Positions 27,933 to 38,500 of a stretch of 64,000 nt of DNA are shown here, in pieces. Each line of letters starts with the position of its first letter. The first letter of the stretch is position 1. This DNA is from Nitrospirota bacterium (GTDB taxonomy: Bacteria; JACPQY01): NCBI GenBank assembly GCA_016180645.1, contig JACPAV010000003.1, positions 124,001 through 188,000 of the forward strand, given 5' to 3'. The notes under the pieces are model-generated. The model searched no databases, was not told where the DNA came from, and was given only the letters and a program-made list of their open reading frames with translations. Made by a program: the position numbers and the translations under genes.

Positions 27933-28883
27933 ATGAGTAAAGATTTCGACAGGGCCGCGTTGCGGAGCATCGTTCGCAGCCAAGCCTACCCACCCTACGC
28001 CGGATATCCGGGGTTCCGATCACGTCCGGAACTGCTGAAACATTTCCTTGCCTCGTGGGTTGGCGAGCGAATCTATGGGGAGTCGTTTCTCTCTTCCGCT
28101 CTGGGGGTCCATCAGAACGCCCGTGTGCTGGCGCTTGCCGAAAAGGATGCACTTCCCAGCCGATCCTTCGGATTCCCCATGGCACGGGCGACGCTCTGGG
28201 GAGCGCCGGACGAAAGAGCGGCGAAACGGGCGCTCCGGAATCTCGCTCGGCGGGCGGCGCAGGCCCGCATCCGGCATCTTTCGTGCAGGGTCGATGCCCG
28301 GGAGACCGCGTGGCGACGAGCTCTTCTTTCGCAAGGCTTCTACGCCGTGGATACGCTGGTCAGCTATGTGGCCGGTCGGACACGGCGTTCACCGCGATCG
28401 ATCCGCTGGGGCGTACGAACTCGGACGGCGGATCGGCGCGACGAACCGGCGATCGTTCGGATTGCGAGATCCGCTTTTGTATGGGATCGGTTTCATTCCG
28501 ATCCGCACCTCCCCGTCTCAGGGAGCAACGCCCTGTATGCCGAGTGGGCCAGGCTGTGTTGTCGAAAGGTTCTGGCCGACCACGTGAGAGTGGGGGTCCG
28601 GGGCGGCCGGGTGGCGGGATTCGTGGCTCACCGGCTTTTCTCGGATCTGGAGCGGCTGACCGGGCTGCGGATGTATGGACAGGGCCTTGGGGCGGGCCGG
28701 CCCGGATGCGGCGACGTGTACATGGCAGCGGTCACGGACGAGATCCGCGGCGTTTGGGACCACATGGACTTGATCGAGATCGAAACCCAGGCCCAGAATC
28801 ATTCCCACCTTCGCCTCTTGACCCGTCTTGGATTCGCTCCCATGCGGACGAGCATGACCTATCACCGGTGGCTTTGGAGCTAG
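27933..28883 (+). CDS. GNAT acetyltransferase, WecD/RffC-like
   Basis: ARSAF..DRFHSDP, YAEW, ETQAQN..LRL..RLGF, TYHRW, as in dTDP-4-amino-sugar N-acetyltransferases. Confidence 0.7.
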   Translation: MSKDFDRAALRSIVRSQAYPPYAGYPGFRSRPELLKHFLASWVGERIYGESFLSSALGVHQNARVLALAEKDALPSRSFGFPMARATLWGAPDERAAKRALRNLARRAAQARIRHLSCRVDARETAWRRALLSQGFYAVDTLVSYVAGRTRRSPRSIRWGVRTRTADRRDEPAIVRIARSAFVWDRFHSDPHLPVSGSNALYAEWARLCCRKVLADHVRVGVRGGRVAGFVAHRLFSDLERLTGLRMYGQGLGAGRPGCGDVYMAAVTDEIRGVWDHMDLIEIETQAQNHSHLRLLTRLGFAPMRTSMTYHRWLWS

Positions 28884-28993
28884 GAGAGGAGACGACTCTC
28901 CAGAGACGGATGCCTGCGCCCGGCGGCCATGTGAGGTCCAACAAGTCAATATTCAAGATTGACCCCGGTAGGCACGGTAGGGTTCGGGGGTCG

Positions 28994-30742
28994 TCAGGGG
29001 GCAATGGCTGCGGCCTTCCGCAGATATTTCTCATGGGCCGGCAGGTTACCGGCTTTCTCCGACAGCAGGGCAAGGTCGAGGAAGAACCACTGCCAATGGC
29101 CCTTCGTCCACCGATCCCGTGGCCATTCGATGTCCGGGGTGCGAGGGTGCCATCGCGCGTTCGAACCTTGCGGAGCCACACGGAAAGCGAATCCTAGCGG
29201 GACAAGATCGAACGATTCCAGGCCCGGCTCCAATCTGGACCAAAGCCCTTCCTTCCCCGGGATATGGTGGTGCCATCCGATTCCCGTGAAGAAGACGGGA
29301 CGCTGAGGAAACTTGTCGGAAATCAGCAGCCTTAGGCGTTCCTTGGCCGGAATAGGTGTAGCGATCGAGCTTCGTTTCCATGAACGCGACCATTCCAGAA
29401 CGAGTAGGCCGGAACTCAAGAGTTCCACGTCGGGTCTGCGGTTCTCAACCACCCGGACGGCCCACAACGGGAAGTAGGATAGCCCTGCGTGGGAAAAGAG
29501 GGTGGCCTTTCCCGGAAGTTCAGCCAGCAGCCGATCCGCGTAGGTCGTGGCGAAGCGGTCGTGACGGTAGCCCATGCTCGGCCGAAAGAGGACGCGCAGG
29601 GTAAGAGCCCCCGCCAGAGCGAGACCCACCCCTGCGACAATCTTCCATGCCGGCCAGCGGCGCAGAGTCTTCATCCGGCGCAGGGTCGATTTGTAGAGGA
29701 CTGAGGTTCCCCAACAACACCATACGGTGACCAGCGCAGGGAAGACAAACGATTGACCGTCCGCCTCGTTGGTACCGTTGAACATTCTGACGAAAGCCAT
29801 TGCGCCCGCGATCAGAATCATCCACAAGACTGGGAACGCGTGCGTACGGAGGCTCCCCAGCACACCTACCATCGCGGTCGCCGCCACGGCAAGGTGCAAC
29901 GGATTGGGATAGAATTTTTCCAGGTAGTCGAGTGGATTTAGAACGGCCATCTGAGCCGGATGGGTTGCCAAGAACAGAAGTGACCGGAGTCGGGTATAGA
30001 TCTCGAGATATTCGCGAATTCCCTCGAAGGTTTGCGATCGAGAAAGCAGATGGCTCACGTTCACTCCCGGCTCCTGTAGGGCTCGGACCGCCGAGGCCGC
30101 GAGAGGAGCCGCGGACACAACGAGGACTAGAATCAGAGCCATCGGGAGTCTGATCCGCCGCTCTCGGGACCTGATCCACGGGAAGAGGATCACGGGCAGC
30201 GCTGCGGCGGCCGGGGGGAAATAGGAGACGGCCAGCGAGAAGGTGGCCAGCGAGATCCAGCGCCGGCGCCATCGAGGAACGGTTGGTTCACCTGACTGAG
30301 AGATCAGGAGGGCCGACGAGACGGCGACCAGCAAGAGGTGAAAAAGCAAGGAGTTTTCCGCGACGCAGGACTGGTCAAGCGTGATGTCCCCCGAAGCGAA
30401 CCATACGATCGGCAGTGAAGCCAGAGCCTGTCCCACGATGGCGGGCCGATCGACCCGCCGGCTCTCCCAGTTACGCAAGGCCATGCGGGTGACCATGAAG
30501 ATGAATACCGCCGCGGTGATCACATTGAACAGTACGACTCTTGCGGCAATGTTTCCCAAGGGCATGAGCGCGAAAAATTTTCCGCACCACACATACAGGG
30601 CGTATCCGGACCCATGAAGAACCCCCCCCGTGAAGGCCCCGGCGATCATCTCGCCGCTGTCCATCCATGTTATGCCCGGGGCGGAGAGTGAAAGGTAGAA
30701 AACGAGGGCTAGGGTGTAAGGAAGAAAGGTCAGTTGCCGAAC
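28994..30742 (-). CDS. DUF2723/TMEM260-like multi-TM glycosyltransferase (no canonical start before first TM)
   Basis: Y..LSAPGITWMDSGEM....V.H..GY.LY...K.F..MP.GNIA.RV, many TM helices, Y...LL.ELP..A.L.....YFPLW...VE..RPDV; frame open up to the TAG at 30743. Confidence 0.7.
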   Translation of the reverse strand, partial: VRQLTFLPYTLALVFYLSLSAPGITWMDSGEMIAGAFTGGVLHGSGYALYVWCGKFFALMPLGNIAARVVLFNVITAAVFIFMVTRMALRNWESRRVDRPAIVGQALASLPIVWFASGDITLDQSCVAENSLLFHLLLVAVSSALLISQSGEPTVPRWRRRWISLATFSLAVSYFPPAAAALPVILFPWIRSRERRIRLPMALILVLVVSAAPLAASAVRALQEPGVNVSHLLSRSQTFEGIREYLEIYTRLRSLLFLATHPAQMAVLNPLDYLEKFYPNPLHLAVAATAMVGVLGSLRTHAFPVLWMILIAGAMAFVRMFNGTNEADGQSFVFPALVTVWCCWGTSVLYKSTLRRMKTLRRWPAWKIVAGVGLALAGALTLRVLFRPSMGYRHDRFATTYADRLLAELPGKATLFSHAGLSYFPLWAVRVVENRRPDVELLSSGLLVLEWSRSWKRSSIATPIPAKERLRLLISDKFPQRPVFFTGIGWHHHIPGKEGLWSRLEPGLESFDLVPLGFAFRVAPQGSNARWHPRTPDIEWPRDRWTKGHWQWFFLDLALLSEKAGNLPAHEKYLRKAAAIAP

Positions 30743-33700
30743 CTAGGGGAGGGTTTCGCAGCCGAAGAAGTTTTCGTCGTCGGGGGGATCGGATTCCTTG
30801 CGGAAGGTGAACCGCCACTCACGGGTGGATTCCAGTCCAGAAGCGTCGGTCGCGCGGACGCTGAGGATGTGATCTAGCGTGCGTGAGAGGCGGGCCGGAT
30901 CGATCTCCATCTTCGGCTCGGTCATCTTCACTTCTTTTCCATCGAGGAAGTACGACGCCTTGATGTGGGTGAACGGCGTCTGGAAGTCGCTCACGTCGAC
31001 GCGAAGCATGTTGCTATCCACGAAGTAGACCGGAACTTCATCGGGCCCGGTGACGTTCGCGTAGGCGGTGAGGCCGAAGAGACCGATTCTAGGGGGCTGG
31101 GTATCCACCTGGAAGGTGAACATGGCCGGGGTCGGATCCGCCAGCCCGGTTTGGTCGACGGCCTGAACTTCAAGAAGGTGAGTCCCTTCGAGAAGATACG
31201 GGAGTTGGATCACCGGTTCGGTCGTGACCCGCCAGACTCCACGGTCCAAACGCCAAGTGTAGTTGATCACACCGGAGCCGACCGCATAGACTTGGAGGCG
31301 GACGGGCTTTTCAGGGATGAGAGAGGCCCGGCGCGATTCCTCCGCGACAAATTGGAAGGTTGCCTCCGGTTGGCCCGTGAAGGGGTGGATGATGAAGGTT
31401 TCTGGGCCGGAGGCCGGCGTGAGGCGAGAAGAGAGAGGAGAGAGGCGGGAGGAGGCAGCAGACACACGGTCCATCCGGCGGGCGTAGGCCTTGAGGTTTT
31501 CGACGGCGCAGGGGTTGTCTCCGCCGCCGGCGCCGCCGGTGAGGAGTTGGAGGAGTTTGATCAGATCGAACGAGCCGGCGAAATTCCCGCTGCACGTCAG
31601 GTAGTCCGCCTTGCCGTTGCCGTCCAGGTCGGGGAAGCCTCCCGTGTCCGGTCCGGCGCTGATCATGTTGAAGCCCAGCCCCGCCAGTTGGATCTGCGTT
31701 TCGACCCACGCTTGGGCAGCGCCACCCATCAGATTGACCAGCACATCCGGGAAGGCGGAATCGAGCGAGGCGTAGTTGAGCGTGTAGGCCGGATCGAGCT
31801 CTTGATACCGGAACTGGACGTTCATCAGCTCGAGAGGATCGATGGCGACTTTGAGGCAGTCCACCGTTCCTCCCGCGAGGGGGTTGCACCCGGAGGTGAG
31901 GAAGGCCGCCTTGTTGGCGAAGACGCGGTTGGCTTCGGTAGCGGTTTTGAACTCCATATCGAGGGCTCCGCCCACGTCCATGCTCACGCCGAAAGCTTTC
32001 GTATCGGGATTGCCCCCGACCTGAATAAAGAAATCCGTGTAGATATTCCGGAAGGAGAAATTAATGTCCACGGGGCCGGCCGGGTAACAGCAGTTGAGCG
32101 GGTCGGAGCAGTAGGCCGCGTTCGCGGGGTTGGATGCATCTTTGCACAGGGCGGTGCAGCCGTAGGCGGCTCCCGGTTCCCCGCCGATGGCCGCGCAGAC
32201 TTCCTTCGTGGCCACGTTGCCATCGCCGTAGGGCCTCCAGCGGATCTTCACGTGGCTGCCGGGGTCGGCTTGATCGTCGATCGGCGGGATGAGGTTGGCG
32301 AAGCTTTCCACTTTGAGGAACTGGGCCATATCGAGCGGCATCGGGATGGGCAGGCCGGTTTTGAGGCCGTCTTTGCTGACTTCGCACGAGACGAGGCCGG
32401 ACTGCGCGATGGCACTGGTAATTTGATTGCCTACGTCCTGGCCCACCGAGCAGGCAAACCCGTCTGTATTGGTTGGAATTGTGAGGGAGCAGCACTTCGG
32501 GTAGGTGTTGGCCGCGCAACAATCTGGGAAGGGGCTGCACGTGGAGTTATCGCAGGTGCCGCCCGTCGCGCACGGGTGGGTCGGCTTGCAAAGCTTGTCC
32601 TGCACGTCAATCCGCGTTTTGATGATGTCCGGCGCGGCCTCCTGGACTTCGCAACCGAGGTCCATGATCATGGTCATGCGGTCATCGGCCGGAGCGGGCG
32701 ACGGATTTTCGACTCTCAGGTGGGGATAGACCCCCAGATTGATCAGGGCATCGCCGCAGGCGAGGGTCCCATACTTGGGCGGCGCACTCTCGCCGAACTG
32801 GGCATTATAGGCCGGCGAGTTCACCTCGACCATGCCGTCGGGCGACTTTGGACTTCCACCCGGGCAAGGCGAGAGGGGGTCGGAGCCTCCGCCTTCGCAG
32901 TCGTAGCAATACCCATACCCCGCCTTGGCCGGATCATTCTGAACGCCCCACTTGCACCACGGATTCTTGATCGTGCCTGAGTAGGTGGGGCAAGCGTAGG
33001 CGGGCTCGGAGGCGAACATGCCGTTCATGTCCATGGGCAGGAACCCCGAGAATTGCTTTTGGATCGCGGACTGTAGCGCATTTTCCAGGGGAGCCTGTAC
33101 GAATCCTGCCACGCAACTCCATTGCAATTCCAGCCCGAAACAGGGGTCAAAGAGGGAACCTTGCGGGTCTACCGTGAGGTTCGAGATGTCGATCGTGATG
33201 ACGGGGTCGTCTCGACGCGCGTTGACGTTGTTCACGTCGACCTTGTCGGGGTTGATGACGATCGTCAACGGGAAAACGGCGAACTTGACGTTCATGGGGT
33301 TCTCGCACGTGCCGCAGATGGAGAGGGCTCCAACGTTCATCCTCGCGCGCAATTCCATCACCATATCGTAGAGAGTAATCTTGGCGTCAATATGCGGTTC
33401 GTTGGGATGGCCCGCACCGTGACTGTCTTTATAGGGTGTCATGGTCATCTTCGGCGGGCAACTGGCTGCGTCGCCGCAGTTGGTGTCCCCGTTGCAATCG
33501 TTACAATTGATGCCATCGGGGGGGGCGAGTGAAGCCGCCGAGTCAAAATAGATGACATGCCCGTCGTTGTTGCTGTCCCACGCGCAGATCCAGTCCAGAT
33601 TGTCTTCACCCGGCAAGAGAGGGCACTGGTCCGCTCCTTGCATGAGGAGGCCGGACACGCCACTGGCGGGCGCGCCGCCCGGACATGGGCCTGCCATCAT

Positions 33701-34072
33701 GCCTTTTTCCAGGAAGTCCCGCATTTCGGTGTTGTTGAGACCGGGTCCCATGAGTTGCTCGAGGATGTCGAAGGCCGGCCGCCGCAAGTCGAACAGGAGG
33801 GCGTCCTTGTTCATGACGGCTGGGGAGGCGAACGGCACGACGAGGCTGGGGACGGAGATCGACAACTTCGGCCGATAGCCGATGGACATGAGCATGATGA
33901 TTCCGACGCAGGCGCCGAAGCCGAGCTTGCCCCAGGATAGTGGCGAGTGGCGAGTGGCGAGTGGCGAGTAGAGCCAGGAGAGGCGGAGGCCGTGCGGCCG
34001 AAGGCCGCGGGAGGCGGGACTCGTGAGCCCGTGAGCCCGCAAGTCCGTGAGCCGGTTTCGGAATTTGATCAT
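30743..34072 (-). CDS. Giant secreted Cys/Asp-rich protein, BPI/LBP(TULIP)-like, with C-terminal Ig-like domains; ends FFGCETLP
   Basis: 1109 aa; clear paralogy to 35585-39487 (PETFI, Y.WRLD.G.W, L.YLLEG.H.LEVQA, DPTPA..F.VD..PP.I; NQI..AI..SG.V.C; F..LIP); DxNxDG and DLDGNG Ca-binding motifs. Confidence 0.7.
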   Translation of the reverse strand: MIKFRNRLTDLRAHGLTSPASRGLRPHGLRLSWLYSPLATRHSPLSWGKLGFGACVGIIMLMSIGYRPKLSISVPSLVVPFASPAVMNKDALLFDLRRPAFDILEQLMGPGLNNTEMRDFLEKGMMAGPCPGGAPASGVSGLLMQGADQCPLLPGEDNLDWICAWDSNNDGHVIYFDSAASLAPPDGINCNDCNGDTNCGDAASCPPKMTMTPYKDSHGAGHPNEPHIDAKITLYDMVMELRARMNVGALSICGTCENPMNVKFAVFPLTIVINPDKVDVNNVNARRDDPVITIDISNLTVDPQGSLFDPCFGLELQWSCVAGFVQAPLENALQSAIQKQFSGFLPMDMNGMFASEPAYACPTYSGTIKNPWCKWGVQNDPAKAGYGYCYDCEGGGSDPLSPCPGGSPKSPDGMVEVNSPAYNAQFGESAPPKYGTLACGDALINLGVYPHLRVENPSPAPADDRMTMIMDLGCEVQEAAPDIIKTRIDVQDKLCKPTHPCATGGTCDNSTCSPFPDCCAANTYPKCCSLTIPTNTDGFACSVGQDVGNQITSAIAQSGLVSCEVSKDGLKTGLPIPMPLDMAQFLKVESFANLIPPIDDQADPGSHVKIRWRPYGDGNVATKEVCAAIGGEPGAAYGCTALCKDASNPANAAYCSDPLNCCYPAGPVDINFSFRNIYTDFFIQVGGNPDTKAFGVSMDVGGALDMEFKTATEANRVFANKAAFLTSGCNPLAGGTVDCLKVAIDPLELMNVQFRYQELDPAYTLNYASLDSAFPDVLVNLMGGAAQAWVETQIQLAGLGFNMISAGPDTGGFPDLDGNGKADYLTCSGNFAGSFDLIKLLQLLTGGAGGGDNPCAVENLKAYARRMDRVSAASSRLSPLSSRLTPASGPETFIIHPFTGQPEATFQFVAEESRRASLIPEKPVRLQVYAVGSGVINYTWRLDRGVWRVTTEPVIQLPYLLEGTHLLEVQAVDQTGLADPTPAMFTFQVDTQPPRIGLFGLTAYANVTGPDEVPVYFVDSNMLRVDVSDFQTPFTHIKASYFLDGKEVKMTEPKMEIDPARLSRTLDHILSVRATDASGLESTREWRFTFRKESDPPDDENFFGCETLP

Positions 34073-34093
34073 AGCCCCTTCGGTTTCATTGTA

Positions 34094-35443
34094 CTACGGG
34101 ACCCGGAAGAACTCGAACTTGACGGCGCCCCGGTTTGCGCCGAGGTTTCGGACGAAGGCGAGGCCCATGTAGATTTCCTTTTCAGCCATCGCCACATCCA
34201 TCACGGGGCTGGTGCCCGTGGAGCCGGGCGAATCCACCAGGAAATCCTGCCATTTCACCTTGCCGTCGTCCACGGAGCGCACCGCGACCTTGAGGGAGCC
34301 GAGCGTTTCGTCCGAGTAGGCCGCGATGGGGATCACGCTGGTGCCGGACTTTCCCGTGCGCTGGACAAGCGAGAGGTCGGCCCCGGCCCCGACCGGACTT
34401 TTCTTGCCGTCCACGATTTCATACGTCCATCCCACCTCGCCGTCGTAGAGGGCGTAGCGGAGTTGGCTGTTGAAGTCATCCCGATAGACCACATGGATTT
34501 TCTTGGGATTGAGGAGATCGAGTTTCATGGCCAGATGGCGGCCCAAGCCGCGCGTTCCCGCGGGGGCCGCGGGGATGTCGTTCTCGGGGTCGTCATCTTC
34601 CTGATTTCTCGCGGCGCCGGTATCGATGAAGGAGATGCACCAACCGGTTTCCGAGACCGTGCCTCCGTTTTCGGGATTGCAGAGGAGGGGATCGGCCACC
34701 GGCGTGCCGTTGGCTACATCTTTCACGGCCAGGCGCGGCAATCCCCCTTTGCCATCCCAGTACGCCAGATACACCACGCCGTTGTGAGCGGCGATGTTGA
34801 TGTACTGGACCTCGCCGCTGGTCCCCGATTGTCCCTGCACGATCGGCCTGCCCTGTTCCACCAGCTCCGGCGCGGTGCCTCCCGGCTGGACGTATTTCAC
34901 CGCCTGAACATCGGAATCCAAGTAGGCGATGTGAACGCGGCGAAGTTTCTTGTCGTCTTCCTCGATGGCGATACGGGCCCACTGGCCGACCGAGCCGGCG
35001 GTGTCGAGGTCGGAGCGGATGGACCACGGTTGACCCGGATCGCGGGTGGCGTACCGGATGTCCAGGTTGGTGCCGTCGAAATACGCGATGTGGGGCCGGC
35101 CTTGGGAATCGACGACCAGGGAGGGATAATCGCCCGCGTCGAACTGCTGGGGTGATTCACCGTCCACTATTTCGCTCGTCCACTTCTCCCCTTTTTCATC
35201 CACGTAGGCGTAGACGAGGTTCCGGTTGGATTGGTCGTAGTAGGCGATGTAGGGGTAGCCGTTGAAGAAGTCGATGGCGATCCGGCGCTGGCCGATGTCG
35301 GCCGTCAGATCGGAGACGTTCTTGTCTTTGATGGTGGGGAGGGGCGTGGGGAAGCCGGCGAAGGGGTCGGTGCGGCCGCAGCTCGCCGCGAGGATGAGAG
35401 CGGCGAGAGTGATGAGTGATGAGTGATGAGTGATGAGTTTCAA
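34094..35443 (-). CDS. Beta-propeller lipoprotein (repeated IAYYD..L.YA blades)
   Basis: LAASC lipobox; about 6-7 repeats of G..x.I......HIAY.D.....L.Y.....W..EIVDG; TTG 35443 or GTG 35533 start. Confidence 0.75.
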   Translation of the reverse strand: MKLITHHSSLITLAALILAASCGRTDPFAGFPTPLPTIKDKNVSDLTADIGQRRIAIDFFNGYPYIAYYDQSNRNLVYAYVDEKGEKWTSEIVDGESPQQFDAGDYPSLVVDSQGRPHIAYFDGTNLDIRYATRDPGQPWSIRSDLDTAGSVGQWARIAIEEDDKKLRRVHIAYLDSDVQAVKYVQPGGTAPELVEQGRPIVQGQSGTSGEVQYINIAAHNGVVYLAYWDGKGGLPRLAVKDVANGTPVADPLLCNPENGGTVSETGWCISFIDTGAARNQEDDDPENDIPAAPAGTRGLGRHLAMKLDLLNPKKIHVVYRDDFNSQLRYALYDGEVGWTYEIVDGKKSPVGAGADLSLVQRTGKSGTSVIPIAAYSDETLGSLKVAVRSVDDGKVKWQDFLVDSPGSTGTSPVMDVAMAEKEIYMGLAFVRNLGANRGAVKFEFFRVP

Positions 35444-35584
35444 GATACCCCCCACCCTAACCCTCCCCCTCAAGGGGGGAGGGGAAATTACGGCCGAAGC
35501 CGGCGGCGGCCAGGAACGCCGCCAGCGTTGCACGTGACGCGTGACGCGTGACGCAGTACAGAGGCCGCCTCAAGGCGACCTCCT

Positions 35585-38500
35585 TTACTTCTTTCGCGAG
35601 CTGAGGGTGCGGCCGAGAACGAGAGCGATCAGGGCGAGGCCGAATCCGGAGAAGCCCCCGCCTGAGGCTCCAAGGACCATCACGCAGCCGCCGCCGCTCG
35701 CCTTGTTTTCCGGCACGTCCACGTTGAAGGTCTGGGACGCCGTTGTTCCATTCCCCGCGGGGTCCGAGGCCTGGACTTCCAGGACGTGATCGCCTTCGGA
35801 GGTTTCCGCAAGCTGAATGGTATCGCCCGCCGAAGCCGCCTGCCAGGCCGAGCCGTCCACCCGGTACTCGACTTTGAGTTCGGAGGCCGGGGCGACGAAG
35901 TCCGTCACGTTGAGTTGGAACCGAGGTTCGGCCACGTTCACTCGGGTCTGGCCATCCAAGCCGGAAATCTGGATGCTGGGCGGCAGGTGGTCCATCCAGA
36001 ACGAGAGGGTGGCCGGCGTATCATCGATCACGCCGTTCACGTTCGTGCTGGCCACTTGAACGAGGTGATACCCTTCGAGGAGCGGCGGGAGTTCGATGGT
36101 ATTGCTCTTGGTGAAGTGGTGCCAGGCGCCGCCGTCCAACCGGTAGCTGAACTGGATCTGATCCGGGCGGCTGAATCGGTCCACCGCATCCACCACGAGC
36201 GTGCTGCCGCCGTAGGGCGAGAGGCCGAAATCATCAGCCGATTTGTATTCGGCCATGAGGTCGATGGATTGCTCTTTTCGGCTGCCGAGTAGGATGAAGG
36301 TGTCGGGCGCGAGGAAATCGTAGTTCGCGGCCACCATGACCCCCGGTCTCGGTGGCGCGGCCACGGGGAAGCCTGCGGCGTTGCACATGTCTTTGATCAT
36401 CGTGAGGATGTCCGCCATGTCCGCATCGGCTTCCAGCGTATCGATCACAAGGTCGCCGCAGAGGAGGCTCCAGATGTCATTGGCATTGAGGTAGTTCTCC
36501 GTGCGGCAGGCCGGGAGGACGCCGGGCGGAGCGGTGGCGGTGAGTTCAGCCGGAGTGCAGTCGTTGTCGAGGTCTTCGACCAGTTTCAGGAAGAGTGAGA
36601 ACGTATCACCGGCCACGTTGGTGGAACCGACATCCGAGCCGTCAATTTTTCCATCCATGTTGGTGTCATAGATGGCCGCGACTTCGGGGTCATCCCCCGG
36701 AAGGCCGTTGAAGTCCGCCCCCTGTCCGCCGACGAAGTTCGTCGTGAGCGCGATGCCGCGGGGCGGCGTGGCGGTGGGATCACCCACGTTGAGGGCTGAA
36801 CTGATATCGATGCGCGGCATGAGGTCCATCTGGAGAGCGCCGGAGAGGACGAGCGGTAGCAGTTCGGAGAGGACGCCTTCCACCTGTGCGTAGGGCGCGG
36901 AGGGGGTGGCGGGGTTGTACGTCCCAACCGGTACCAACTCAACGGCTTCGTTGTACCACAGGAAGGAGGAGACCATGGGATCCGCTTCCAAGGTGATGCG
37001 CGGGGCCATGGTGGTCACGTAGCAGCGGTCGTTCGGGGTGGTATCGGGCGGACCCTGGAGGCCCGGATTACACGAGGTATCGCGAAAGATTCCGACGCCC
37101 ATGCTGAGCCGCGTGGCGAGGTCCAGGCCGAAGATTCGCTTCCAAGTGCCGGTACCGGTGGTATCGGCTTGGAGATCGAGGGTGAGATGAGGGATTCCGA
37201 CGGTGAGACCGGTCTGGGCGTTGCCGTAGGGGTTGGTGGCCGGGAGGCCGATGTCGGGGCCGCCCGCCAGGATGAACGGCGTGTTGATGTATTTGGAACA
37301 GGGGGTGCCGCCGTTGCCGTCCTCGTAGCAACCGTCGGAGGGGTTCTTGAAGGTCGGTCGGATGACGAACCGCATGTTTTTGCCCGCAAGGTTGCCTTTG
37401 TTGGGGTCGACGAGGGACGGCATAAGGAGGCCGAACGTATCGGTGGAGAAGATATCGATGGGAAGCGCCCCGACGAGGTCTTTTACCAGCGCCGTATTTT
37501 TGTCGACCGACAGGCAGAGCGCGCCCGACTTGTAGGCGTTGAAGAGGATTTGTGAGAGGGCGTTCTGGTGGATACCCGCGCCGATGGAGTAGACGGGATC
37601 CGCCCCGTTCGGTGAGGTTGCGCCGAACAGTCCGACCGGGCTGGTGGTATTCCAGCTCAGGGAGGCGGGATCGTTGGCGCCCGCTCCGCAAGTCCAGACT
37701 TTCGTTGTGGGATCTTGGGTGCAGCCCGAGAGGCAGTTCGTGCCGGTGAAGCCCATGTCGAAGCCGAGACCGCCGATGAGCTGGAGGCCATCCGCTTCGT
37801 CGTCCTGCGCGGCGCTGGCGGGACTGTTGTACACGCCGTCGCCGTCCCAGTCGTCGTTGTCTTTCCCATTGGCGCCGCCCACTTCCGGCGTGCCGTCGTT
37901 ATTGTCGTCGTCCGGGCCGGTGGCGATCATGCCGAAGTTGAGTTCTGCTCCCAGGTTGATCCAGGAGCCGGGCGCGAGAGGGTGTTCAATGGGAACGCCA
38001 ATCGTGGTGCTGAGGTCGAGGAGGGGAAGTCCCTTCGAGAGGAAGTAGTTGATGGCGGAGTTGTAGCCCTGAGTCATGAACCGGAGCGTGTTGATTTCCA
38101 GGTAGGGCAGGAGATCGGCCATGAAGTGGGACGTGTCGCCCGAATCGCCGCTCTCGGGTTCGAGGCTGATCGTGAGGGCCGTATTGAGATCCAGTGGATC
38201 GAGGGTGAGGCCGATTTGCGTGCCGGAGGTGGTCATCGTGTTGGCCGAGGCGAACTTTCCGCCGAGGAGGCCCACGCCGGCCTTGAGATTGAGGTAGGGC
38301 AAGGTGCCCTTTCCGCCGAGGGAGAGGTAGCTGATGAACTTGTCCAGTTCGTCGTCGGCTTTTGCGGCGGCGTTGTCGTCCCCGTTGCCGCAGACATTGT
38401 CCACGCCGCAGCCGCAGAGGAGGTCTTTCCCGCAGCCGTCGGCCTTCGGGTTCGGCTTGGCCACCATGTCGAGGGTGAAGTTGTTGAGCTTGAAGACGAT

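Noticed and set aside
30743-30745. Genome-wide TAG recoding (pyrrolysine or alternative code)
   Set aside because: TAG ends other genes here at their expected C-termini (fusA paralog, fliW, DUF5618-like); only site-specific readthrough remains possible
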